A stretch of 64,000 nucleotides of DNA from Lytechinus pictus. Taxonomy: Eukaryota. The notes under the pieces were generated by a model. It saw nothing but the letters and a program-made list of their open reading frames with translations, did not search any database and was not told where the DNA came from. Position 1 is the stretch's first letter. Every line of letters starts with the position of its first letter. This document shows positions 24,670-34,952 of the stretch, piece by piece. The stretch is taken from NCBI RefSeq assembly GCF_037042905.1, contig NC_087245.1, positions 30,938,001 to 31,002,000 of the forward strand, written 5' to 3'. The position numbers were made by a program, and so were the translations under genes.

Positions 24670-25274
24670 AGGACAAGTCCACCCCAACAAAAAGTTGATT
24701 TGAATAAAAAGAGAAAAATCAAGCAAGCATAACATTGAAAATTTCGTCAAAATCGGATGTAAAATAAAAAAAGTTATGACATTTTGAAATTTCGCTTAAT
24801 TTCACACAACAGTTAATATGCACATCCTGGTCGGTATGCAAATGAGGAGACTGATGACATCTTCCACTCACTATTTCTTTTGTATTTTATTATATGAAAT
24901 ATTAAATATTCTAATTTTCTCCTCATTGTCAAGTGAAACAACAATAATTCCTCCCTGAACATGTGGAATAAGCATTGTTTAATACTATATGGTTCAGTCA
25001 AGTTGGTCCATATTGTCAAATTTGTAAAAAATGAAATATTGTATAATTCAAATAATAAAAAACAAAATAAATAGTGAGTGAGGGACATCATCGACTGTCT
25101 CATTTGCATGTCACTGAATTGTGCATATCACTGTTTTTTTGAAAAATAAGCGAAACTTTAAAATGTCATAACTTTCTTATTTTACATCCGATTTTGATGA
25201 AGTTTTCAGCGTTATGCTAGTTTGATTTTTCTCTATTTATTAAAATCAACGTTTCCCTGTGGTGGACTTGACCT
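24670..25274. mobile_element. TTAA-flanked MITE (Kolobok-like)
   Basis: ttaa|AGGACAAGTCCACC ... GGTGGACTTGACCT|ttaa with about 130-bp imperfect TIRs; a partial relative lies at 49225-49335. Confidence 0.8.
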
Positions 25275-25746
25275 TTAAGATAAATCGTTTGTAAGGCGGA
25301 GTGAGTACGGAAAAAATTAGTTAGATTACATAATCATGTTTCTATGCATTCCACAAAATAGACATTTATTCATGGTTTTATCGAATGACATTGCACATTT
25401 GTTTATATATTATATTTGCAATATTTATGCATCGCACAATCTTTTTTTATTTACAATATTTCATGCAAGTAGAAGGGTTTTTATCACACCAATTCTTCCA
25501 CAGAAAAAATATCTTGAATATATCAAATAAACATGATAAATGTAAAGCAAATTGAGAATACGCCTATAAAATCATTTTGATTAATTGCTTGCATGTCTTT
25601 TTCTGAGTAGAGCGTGATGAGATATGGATTATTAAAAGAAAAATGTGGTAAAGTGTGTTATTTAAAGTAGCGGCGCGCCGCGGCGGGGCCAGGAACATCC
25701 AAGTGTAGGTAAGTTGAGGCAGCGCGCCGGGGCGGGGCGATGCGGC

Positions 25747-26031
25747 CATGGGCGGAAATCTGTCCCCGAAGGTAGGGGGGACCAGAGGCTGGAAACTTTG
25801 ACAAGCAAAAAAAAAAAAAGGTTATCACCCAAAATTTAAGGTCATTTTAACCCCCCCCCCCAAAAAAAAAAAGGTTTTAGTAAAAAATACACGTATTATT
25901 TCAATTGTGAATGATGTATTTTTCTCCATCATAAAAGACCAAACATAGTAGGGGACATTTGATATTGTGCCCCCCTACTATTTTTGATAGGGGGACGCGT
26001 CCCCCTGTCCCCCCTGGGATTTCCGTCCATG
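25747..26031. mobile_element. hAT-type MITE
   Basis: TIR CATGGGCGGAAATC / GATTTCCGTCCATG; perfect 8-bp TSD GATGCGGC (25739-25746, 26032-26039). Confidence 0.85.
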
Positions 26032-27111
26032 GATGCGGCAGGTCATATTTCAAAGTGGTAGGACCTTTTTTCAAGCTGCACTTGCAAATCTTCAAAACTT
26101 ACCAGAAGATTAAATTTTGTTAGGATAAAAGAATGATCACTACGTATGGAACTCTGGAATACGTGATATAACAATTCAGAATCGACCTTAGTAGTTTCAG
26201 GGGTACTCATTTAGATATAAATAGGAACTTCGCTTATGCATAGCGTAATATAAACGAGCATGTTACAAGTATCTTCATTACATAGATTAACCAGAGAAAC
26301 ACTTCATCATTTTGAAGTGCTGATAGAACATGTCGCTTTTTCAGTTTTAATTTATTCGAAAGAGTGGACAACGTTCTTATCAAGAACAGGAAATAGAATC
26401 GTGTACATTGGCCTACATCGAACACGGATATTCTTAAAGGGAATGTCGACGTACACTTGTATCAAAGTTGGTTTCGATCAGTGAAAATTAATGGGTTTAC
26501 GAATAAGCGTTTCGGTTTTTACCAACTTCTTGTCATAGATATGACATCCTATTGCATGTCAAGTGTGTATATAATCAAATCACAAATGAACGGATTAGGA
26601 AAACCAAACATACATTTATATGAAGCTAACAGAATACGATAAGAAAACGCAGAACAATGATAATTTATGTCAACAGTACTAGTACATGTTATAGGCCGTT
26701 CCTTGTTTGCAATAGACGGGTTTCAAAATACGTTTTTAAAGTATGTACAGCAAGAGATCTTACAGTTTTGGTTTGGTATAAAGAAAATATTCCTCGGCAA
26801 AAGGGTTCGGTAATTTTGTGACTACGTGCATCATGGACTGTTTTAACTCTGTTTTATACCTAAGATATCACAAATCGCCTTTTCGTGCTTTTCCCTCATA
26901 TTGAGCTTCTCTTTTTAGTTTGGTGTTTGCTTTTAAATGATATAAAGTAATGTTCAATATTTACTCATGAAACGCATGACACCAATAGGTTATATAGAGG
27001 ACTAAACTTTGCACATTATTATTATATTGCCTGGTAAAGAACTCTTGTTTTCAGGTCTTTCGCAGAAATGCCCGAGCCTTGTATAAAGAAGATTAAAAAT
27101 ACGTTTATATA

Positions 27112-28188
27112 TGTCGGGGGGTGGGTTGAGTTAGCCAATTAAGACCGTAACGGAGCAAACTGCATATTTCTGTCTATTGAGCTTAACACAACCATTCTCT
27201 ATTACAGTTTACTCATCTGATACTGCAATTAAAAGAGTAATTTAAGTCTACAAACAATATGTGTATGTCCAGTAAGCAAAGAAGTCATAGATCTAACTTC
27301 TTAGTTCAGAACCATAATCAGAAATCATCACATCATATAATATAACGAGGTCAGCTAGAAGCATACCTTACCATGGGCGCCGCCATCTTGAAATACAATG
27401 TTTACTATAGAACGCCCTCTATGTTATCTTTTAAATAATCTACTAAAACTTTCTCTTCAATTCAACAAGTAATCCTAAATTTCTGACCTTTCAAATATCA
27501 AGTATTACTTATATTCATTATTCCCAACAATGTTTAGCACAAAAAGTAAACCAGTAAATATCCTCATAATTTGTAAGTTACAACTCGTCTTTGAACCTGA
27601 CCGAGATACACTTGCTCGCTTAAGTCAATGAAAGTAAAAGTGACTAAATTCAATCTTAAAACAAGTCATTCTTTTCTCAAAATTTGTCCATGATAGTATA
27701 GAAACGATTAGTTATTAAATTAATTACATTTTACTGTAATTCTATGCAAAAATAAGATAAAACGACACTTACATCAGCCCTTTCCCAGGCCTGCTTCGAT
27801 TGCGGTCCGACCTGCACCAGAACCAGGACGTGCAATACTCTACCTAACGTAAAATGCCAACAAGCAGTGGAGTCGCAGAACCACCCAAAAAAATATCATT
27901 CCGCTAAGGATTTGTTAAACTTTGAAACAGCCAATATGAAAAGATATAAGTATATATATTGTTTTCACTCAATATTACGAGAAAACAAATCCTTAAAATC
28001 CTTTAAAATACATAACAAGGATTAGAAAATAATTAGAATTATATTTTTCGAGCGTACATACATCGATCATCCTAACCCTATCTAGTGATCCGGCCGATCA
28101 AGAGAATTCCAAACACCTGTACAAAAATAATATGCAAATTAGGCACATTCTTCTCAAGTGACCTAAATGAAAATTCCACTTTCCGACA
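27112..28188 (-). repeat. 3' LTR of element A
   Basis: Near-identical to 33787-34863; two substitutions noticed by eye. Confidence 0.97.
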
Positions 28189-28189
28189 G

Positions 28190-28200
28190 TTTCCCCGCTT
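28190..28200 (-). other. Polypurine tract of element A
   Basis: AAGCGGGGAAA on the minus strand, 1 nt before the 3' LTR. Confidence 0.8.
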
Positions 28201-28802
28201 GAAAATCAATCGACCCGAATGATTTGCTTCAAACAAATGATATAACAATATATACAATAAATTACACTATTTTCTGTACATGGTCCAATTTGTTTCTTCT
28301 ATATACACACTCTCTGTTACAATTCTTGTCAGTGTAAACAATACATTTTGTGTAGACAGCTTGGATACAGTAAAACTGAATGAACTATATTACTCACTCA
28401 AAAAAAGGAATGTTCTGAAAGCAATCGAAACGTTCAGACTTTTTTTTTTTCTTAAAAAAAATCTAATTCAATATCCTTTTCTTCAAATTTCTTCCCCGCT
28501 TGAGTCGTTGTATTATCTCCAAAAGAAATTTTGTGAATTCAGAATAGTTACTCTTTCCACAAGAAAAAAATGATGTTGAGAATAAATGCAAATTTAATCC
28601 TACAAGTCTCAACTCTGTCACCAACAACTCTTTCTTTTTGCTTGAGTAACACAGCAAATATCAACTTCTGGGAAAAAAAAACAATTTCATCTTGTCTCAA
28701 GGATAAATATATATAACAAAAATTGCCACTGAATCAACTGGAAAATCCAATTGAAATCGACGGAGGGAGTATACAATCAAAATCGAGGAACTACTTCATC
28801 AC

Positions 28803-31800
28803 TCAACTGGGCAATCCAGTTAAAGCCGACGTAGGAAGTCTACCTGGATTTCTATGAACTCCTCTAGTACTCCGCGTTGATCTACGAAGTGGTGTTGGTT
28901 CGACATCAACTCTTGGTGCATTAAAGTCCTCATCATACGTAATAACATATGGATATTCATCATCTTCTGAATCTGAGATATATCGAATAACATCCACTTC
29001 TTCATTCTCATCGATACTTGAATATTCAATTCCTTGTTGATCTTCGGGAAGGACATCATCTAGATCATCAGCTTCATCTCGTGGATCTAGAATGAGGTGT
29101 CTCCTATTTACCCACTTGCTTTCACCACCCGTTGCAGGTCGTATCTCATAGACATCATCTTCTGCATTCTTACTTTCTATCACATAGGCTGTATGATAGA
29201 ATTTATCAGCTAACTTGTGTCTTTTGGTGAAAGCTTGTCTTCTTAGTAACACTCTATTTCCAACACTAAGCATATCCTCTGGGACATAGTCTTTGTGCCG
29301 CTCTTCTTCCTTTCTGGCAGCTGCTTGGAGTCTGGATGTGACTACATCACATGCTCGCTTCATCAACTTTGCTTGCTTCTCTGTGTACTCTTCATTCCAA
29401 TCTTGTTCTACATTGCTTAGCAGATGATCAACTGGGATTAGAGGTTCTCGGCCAAACATTAACAAGTATGGCGTTACTCTAGTCACACGATGTGGGGTGG
29501 AATTATACACATGTAGTATATGTTGGATTAACTCAGGCCATCGCCTCCTTTCCTTCGGGTCGACCGAACGCAACAAGGCACACAACGTCTTATTGAAGCG
29601 CTCACACTGTCCGTTTCCGGAAGGATGGTAGGGTGTAGTATGTGATTTTTTTATGCCATACAATTTGCATAATTCCTGTATCAACAAACTCTCGAACGAA
29701 CGTCCTTGGTCTGAATGGATTCGGGTAGGAATTCCATAATGCGCGAACCAGTGATTTCGTAGTGTGCTTGCGACAGTCTCCGCTGTCTGATTCTTACATG
29801 GGACAGCTTGGGCAAATTTACTAAAGACATCGGTCATAACTAGTACGTCTTCGAATCCATATCTGCCTTTGTCTAACTTCAGGAAGTCAATCGATAGGAT
29901 TTCTTGGGGACGGAAAGCAAGAAGATGTCTCAGAGGCGGGCGAACACTTGGGGTAGGGGCTTTTGAAGTTGCACATCTCCAGCACTTCTTGACATACTTC
30001 TTCACATCATTGTGTAAGCCTGGCCAAAAACATCTCTTGCGGAGAAGCTCTACAGTTCTATGGATACCTTGATGTGCCCACTTGTCATGTGTTGCTTCTA
30101 ACAACATAGATTGCAGACATTTAGGCACTAGCAGTTGTCTAAACTTGCCTACAATAGAGTCATCTACTACTCGATACAGAGCTCCGTTATGTTCAGTCAA
30201 CTTCGACCATTCCTTGACAAAGCCTCTCAAACCTGGAAGATTCTTATCATATTCTTGACCTGGCTTCCAATTGGAACTCCACATGTTCCACACCTCCTTC
30301 AGTACCTCATCACTCTTCTGCATGGTACTTAGATCTTCATGAGAATATGATGGTAGGACAGTCGACATTGGGTTGGTTGTGGTTAACAAGTCACTAAGAG
30401 CTGGAGTCTTTGGGGCATTTACTTCGACATCTGCTCTCACCACTAAGCAAGAAGCAACCTCTTGAAGTCCAGCCTTCAGCTCTTCAGTCGAAACATTCGC
30501 TGGGCATCTACTTAGTGCATCTGCGCATTGATTGGTTCTCCCTGGCTTGTATTTCACCTCTATATCATACATTGCCAGCTGGGCAACCCATCGCATTTCA
30601 GTCGCATTTAACTTTGCAGTTTTCAAATGGGCAAGTGGGTTGTGATCAGTCCAGATCACTGTGTGCGAGCCTTGAATGTAGGGACCAAACTTATCCGTTA
30701 CTGCCCACTTGAGCGCAAGCAACTCTAACTTGAAACTGGACAGGTCAGGATACTTCTTTTCCGATCCTCTAAGTCCTCTGCTTGCATAGGCTACTGGATG
30801 AACTTTCCCGTCATTCTCTTGAAGAAGGCAAGCTCCAAGACCTCTAGTACTTGCATCAACCTCCATGATGAAATTCCTGTCAAATCTAGGGTGAGCTAGA
30901 ACTGGCGCTGTGGTTAGTGTTCTCTTCAGTTCTTGGAAGGCCGTTTCCTCCTCATCGTCCCACTTGAACGTAGCTTGTTCCCTCTTCTTCCCTTTCTGGC
31001 TTGAACCTGTGAGTGCATGTAAGGGGGCTGCTATCTTTGAGAAGTTAGGGATGAAGCGTCTATAGTAAGATGCCAATCCTAAGAATGACCTCAACTCCTT
31101 AGCATTCTTGGGAACAGGCCATGTCGCCACTCTCTCTACTTTATCTTGGTCTACAGCTATACCATCATTAGATACAATGTGACCCAGGTATCGAACTTCT
31201 CTCTGAAACAGATCACATTTCTTTCCCTTGACCTTGAGTCCATGTTCATGCAACCTTGAAAGAACTGTATCTAGACGACGTAGGTGCTCTTCAAATGTCT
31301 CTGAGAATATCAAGATGTCATCCAAATAGAGTAGTATCTGAGACAAATTCAAATCACCTAATATGCACTCCATCACTCGTTGGAATGTAGATGGGCTATT
31401 GGTAAGACCTTGGGGCATCTTCATAAACTCATACAGACCCCATGGGACTCGAAAGGCGGTCTTATCAATTGAGTCCTTATCCATCACGACTTGGAAGTAA
31501 CCATGTGCTAAATCCAAAGTTGAGAAATACTTAGACCCAGACAATGCTTCCAAAGTCTCTTCAATTCTTGGTAGCGGGAATGAATCTTTCACTGTACGGT
31601 CATTTAACTTGCGATAATCTATGCATAGCCTCAAACTACCATCCTTCTTTCTAACCAATACGATAGGGCTGGCAAAGCTACTCTTTGAAGGACGTATAAT
31701 CTTCTGGTCTACCATCTCTTGTAGCATATCTTTCACTTCTTTTACTTGCAAAGGGTGAATTCTTCTGTATGGTAACCTAATATCTGGACCTTCAGTCAAT

Positions 31801-33455
31801 CGGATCTCATGTGGAATGAGGTCACATACACCTACATCATATGATCCCTTAGAGAATACATTCTTGTGCTTATGCAGTAAGCTAGCTACAGCTGCCTCTT
31901 CAACTGGGTCTAGGCCTTTTATCTCTACGCCTGGAGGTAGGGTGTCTTCAATTACGGTATAAATTCGAACAGAACCAATGTGAACATCAGTTTCTTGCTC
32001 TTGGTTACGGGATTCTTTCTTCAACTTATCATACAGTGGCTTGTATTCTGCTATGTGTTGCAATATGTTGGAGCCAAGAAGGATTGGGTACCTCATATGT
32101 TCCACAGTAGGTGCTCGATCTGACACTACCAGAAAATTACCCATCAATTCTTCTCCTTTCACCTTGATTGGTAACGCAACATAACCAACAATAGGCAACT
32201 CTACCCCTCCAACTCCAATCACGTGCAGAAAGATTCCTTCGCTCTTCTGAAGCTCTCCAATACGACACTTCAGCTTGCTCTCATACAAGGACAAAGGTAT
32301 GATAGATGCTTCGGCTCCTGTATCAACTACACAGCCAATCTCTACTCCTCCAATGAGAATGTTACAGCATGGACTTTTAGCAACAAATCTCTCAACAAGG
32401 TTTGATTTAGCTTTCTCTTTAGACTCTGCTGGTCCCACAGTCCCTAAATTGGCAGTTGGTACATAATGCGATGTAGGACTGGCACTAGTTTCAGACGTAG
32501 GATGATTGCTAACTGTACTCTTCTTCGGACACTCTCTACCCATGTGACCAGTCTGATGACAGTTAAAACAGACCACTTCTTCTGTACAGTCTTTCTTTGT
32601 GTGTCCTTCTCTAAGACAGTTGTAACACTTGAGTTTCTTCTTGATCTTCTTAGGAGTTTGAGTATACTGAGTAAGAGCCTGAACACTCTTGGCAATCTGA
32701 GCTACTTCTCTTCTTAGATCTGCCAATTCAGCTTTGACATCCGACTGTTCCTGTTCTTTCTCTTGCTTGGGAAAACTAGAACACATGTCAGCACGCTCAG
32801 CATACACTTCATGAACTCGTGGTGAACTTCTTGGTTCTTGACCAGAGAAAAATTCAAGCACTTCAGATCTCATCTCAAGAAAGTTCTTACTCTTTGAAGA
32901 CATTTCAATTCGTCTTAACTCTCGTTGTACCCACTTCTCTTTAGCTCCACAAACAAAACGTTCTTTCAGCGAGCTATCTTTGAGCCTCTTCAAAGCATTC
33001 TTATCTTCTGTACTGGAAGCAGCTTTCTCCATGCGATCGTACAACCTCATCAAGGCCCGGCTGTAGTCGGCCAAACTCTCGCCCTCTTGTTGTCGTCTAT
33101 TGTAGAAGGATTGACTTAGTGAAGGTACCGACTCTGACGCTGCAAAGAGTGACTGTAAAACGTTGATAATTTGATCACTATCCTTTCGCACATCCTCATC
33201 TCGACATAGAACCTCTTCTTTGGCAACTCCAGCCAAATGATCGACAAGCGACTGTGCTTTTGCCTCTCCAGACAACTGATAGTGAGTAGTATAACTGGAA
33301 AACTCTTCAAGCCACTCTTCCAGAGATAAGTCTCCAGCGACTTTAGGTGGACCCTTAAATTTAGACAATTTCACTGGTGGGGGAGCACGTTGAATATTCA
33401 AGCCTTGCAGTGCCTGGGTAAGGACTGACACCATTTCCTCTACAGACTGTGACAT
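28803..33455 (-). CDS. Gag-Pol polyprotein of element A (1550 aa)
   Basis: Two CCHC knuckles (CYNCLREGHTKKDC, CFNCHQTGHMGREC), protease VDTGA, RT LRLCIDYRKLN/YLDD, RNase H DAS...ELLALKWAV...TDH, and integrase H-H-C-C plus IDF/SDQG/ERFN, in Gypsy domain order. Confidence 0.98.
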   Translation of the reverse strand: MSQSVEEMVSVLTQALQGLNIQRAPPPVKLSKFKGPPKVAGDLSLEEWLEEFSSYTTHYQLSGEAKAQSLVDHLAGVAKEEVLCRDEDVRKDSDQIINVLQSLFAASESVPSLSQSFYNRRQQEGESLADYSRALMRLYDRMEKAASSTEDKNALKRLKDSSLKERFVCGAKEKWVQRELRRIEMSSKSKNFLEMRSEVLEFFSGQEPRSSPRVHEVYAERADMCSSFPKQEKEQEQSDVKAELADLRREVAQIAKSVQALTQYTQTPKKIKKKLKCYNCLREGHTKKDCTEEVVCFNCHQTGHMGRECPKKSTVSNHPTSETSASPTSHYVPTANLGTVGPAESKEKAKSNLVERFVAKSPCCNILIGGVEIGCVVDTGAEASIIPLSLYESKLKCRIGELQKSEGIFLHVIGVGGVELPIVGYVALPIKVKGEELMGNFLVVSDRAPTVEHMRYPILLGSNILQHIAEYKPLYDKLKKESRNQEQETDVHIGSVRIYTVIEDTLPPGVEIKGLDPVEEAAVASLLHKHKNVFSKGSYDVGVCDLIPHEIRLTEGPDIRLPYRRIHPLQVKEVKDMLQEMVDQKIIRPSKSSFASPIVLVRKKDGSLRLCIDYRKLNDRTVKDSFPLPRIEETLEALSGSKYFSTLDLAHGYFQVVMDKDSIDKTAFRVPWGLYEFMKMPQGLTNSPSTFQRVMECILGDLNLSQILLYLDDILIFSETFEEHLRRLDTVLSRLHEHGLKVKGKKCDLFQREVRYLGHIVSNDGIAVDQDKVERVATWPVPKNAKELRSFLGLASYYRRFIPNFSKIAAPLHALTGSSQKGKKREQATFKWDDEEETAFQELKRTLTTAPVLAHPRFDRNFIMEVDASTRGLGACLLQENDGKVHPVAYASRGLRGSEKKYPDLSSFKLELLALKWAVTDKFGPYIQGSHTVIWTDHNPLAHLKTAKLNATEMRWVAQLAMYDIEVKYKPGRTNQCADALSRCPANVSTEELKAGLQEVASCLVVRADVEVNAPKTPALSDLLTTTNPMSTVLPSYSHEDLSTMQKSDEVLKEVWNMWSSNWKPGQEYDKNLPGLRGFVKEWSKLTEHNGALYRVVDDSIVGKFRQLLVPKCLQSMLLEATHDKWAHQGIHRTVELLRKRCFWPGLHNDVKKYVKKCWRCATSKAPTPSVRPPLRHLLAFRPQEILSIDFLKLDKGRYGFEDVLVMTDVFSKFAQAVPCKNQTAETVASTLRNHWFAHYGIPTRIHSDQGRSFESLLIQELCKLYGIKKSHTTPYHPSGNGQCERFNKTLCALLRSVDPKERRRWPELIQHILHVYNSTPHRVTRVTPYLLMFGREPLIPVDHLLSNVEQDWNEEYTEKQAKLMKRACDVVTSRLQAAARKEEERHKDYVPEDMLSVGNRVLLRRQAFTKRHKLADKFYHTAYVIESKNAEDDVYEIRPATGGESKWVNRRHLILDPRDEADDLDDVLPEDQQGIEYSSIDENEEVDVIRYISDSEDDEYPYVITYDEDFNAPRVDVEPTPLRRSTRSTRGVHRNPGRLPTSALTGLPS

Positions 33456-33765
33456 CGTTACAAGGGCTATATAATTCTACAAAGGGGAGAGAAGGTCTAT
33501 GCACATGTATAAAGTGGTGTAAATCAATGAACAATCAAAAATTAACTCTACTCATAGTTATCTAAGATTACCTAAACCACCTTTAACTCATTACCAAATG
33601 TTCATGTGTTGACCATTCACTCTCCGAAGTAAGAACGTTAAAGTCTCTTGGATGTGTAGAACTTCACTGCCATCATCCTAGTTGGTCGCTGACCTCTGGA
33701 CGATAGACCTCAATCGCTGACTTTGGGGTTGATCGCTGACATCGGAACACAGCCATAATCTGATG

Positions 33766-33783
33766 ATCCCATCCTCGTCGCCA
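33766..33783 (-). other. Primer binding site of element A, complementary to tRNA-Ser(GCU)
   Basis: TGGCGACGAGGATGGGAT, 3 nt after the 5' LTR, is the complement of the conserved metazoan tRNA-Ser(GCU) 3' end ATCCCATCCTCGTCGCCA (recalled sequence). Confidence 0.88.
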
Positions 33784-33786
33784 TTT

Positions 33787-34863
33787 TGTCGGGGGGTGGG
33801 TTGAGTTAGCCAATTAAGACCGTAACGGAGCAAACTGCATATTTCTGTCTATTGAGCTTAACACAACCATTCTCTATTACAGTTTACTCATCTGATACTG
33901 CGATTAAAAGAGTAATTTAAGTCTACAAACAATATGTGTATGTTCAGTAAGCAAAGAAGTCATAGATCTAACTTCTTAGTTCAGAACCATAATCAGAAAT
34001 CATCACATCATATAATATAACGAGGTCAGCTAGAAGCATACCTTACCATGGGCGCCGCCATCTTGAAATACAATGTTTACTATAGAACGCCCTCTATGTT
34101 ATCTTTTAAATAATCTACTAAAACTTTCTCTTCAATTCAACAAGTAATCCTAAATTTCTGACCTTTCAAATATCAAGTATTACTTATATTCATTATTCCC
34201 AACAATGTTTAGCACAAAAAGTAAACCAGTAAATATCCTCATAATTTGTAAGTTACAACTCGTCTTTGAACCTGACCGAGATACACTTGCTCGCTTAAGT
34301 CAATGAAAGTAAAAGTGACTAAATTCAATCTTAAAACAAGTCATTCTTTTCTCAAAATTTGTCCATGATAGTATAGAAACGATTAGTTATTAAATTAATT
34401 ACATTTTACTGTAATTCTATGCAAAAATAAGATAAAACGACACTTACATCAGCCCTTTCCCAGGCCTGCTTCGATTGCGGTCCGACCTGCACCAGAACCA
34501 GGACGTGCAATACTCTACCTAACGTAAAATGCCAACAAGCAGTGGAGTCGCAGAACCACCCAAAAAAATATCATTCCGCTAAGGATTTGTTAAACTTTGA
34601 AACAGCCAATATGAAAAGATATAAGTATATATATTGTTTTCACTCAATATTACGAGAAAACAAATCCTTAAAATCCTTTAAAATACATAACAAGGATTAG
34701 AAAATAATTAGAATTATATTTTTCGAGCGTACATACATCGATCATCCTAACCCTATCTAGTGATCCGGCCGATCAAGAGAATTCCAAACACCTGTACAAA
34801 AATAATATGCAAATTAGGCACATTCTTCTCAAGTGACCTAAATGAAAATTCCACTTTCCGACA
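33787..34863 (-). repeat. 5' LTR of element A
   Basis: Direct repeat of 27112-28188. Contains TATTTAAA, a YY1-like CAAGATGGCGGC and a splice donor on the element strand. Confidence 0.97.
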
Positions 34864-34952
34864 TATAAAACATATTCCCGCAGTGTAGTCTTCTTTGAAA
34901 ACGATTTATATCAAAGTCATATCCTTTAATTGTTTATAATTATGACAAATAT

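Larger units (their letters stand above)
27112..34863 (-). mobile_element. Full-length Ty3/Gypsy LTR retrotransposon (element A)
   Basis: Two 1077-bp LTRs with TGTCGG...CCGACA ends, TATA TSD (27108-27111, 34864-34867), PBS, PPT and an intact gag-pol ORF. Confidence 0.98.

Noticed and set aside
28189-28802. env gene between pol and the 3' LTR of element A
   Set aside because: Only about 600 bp of AT-rich sequence with short, low-complexity ORFs and no glycoprotein features.
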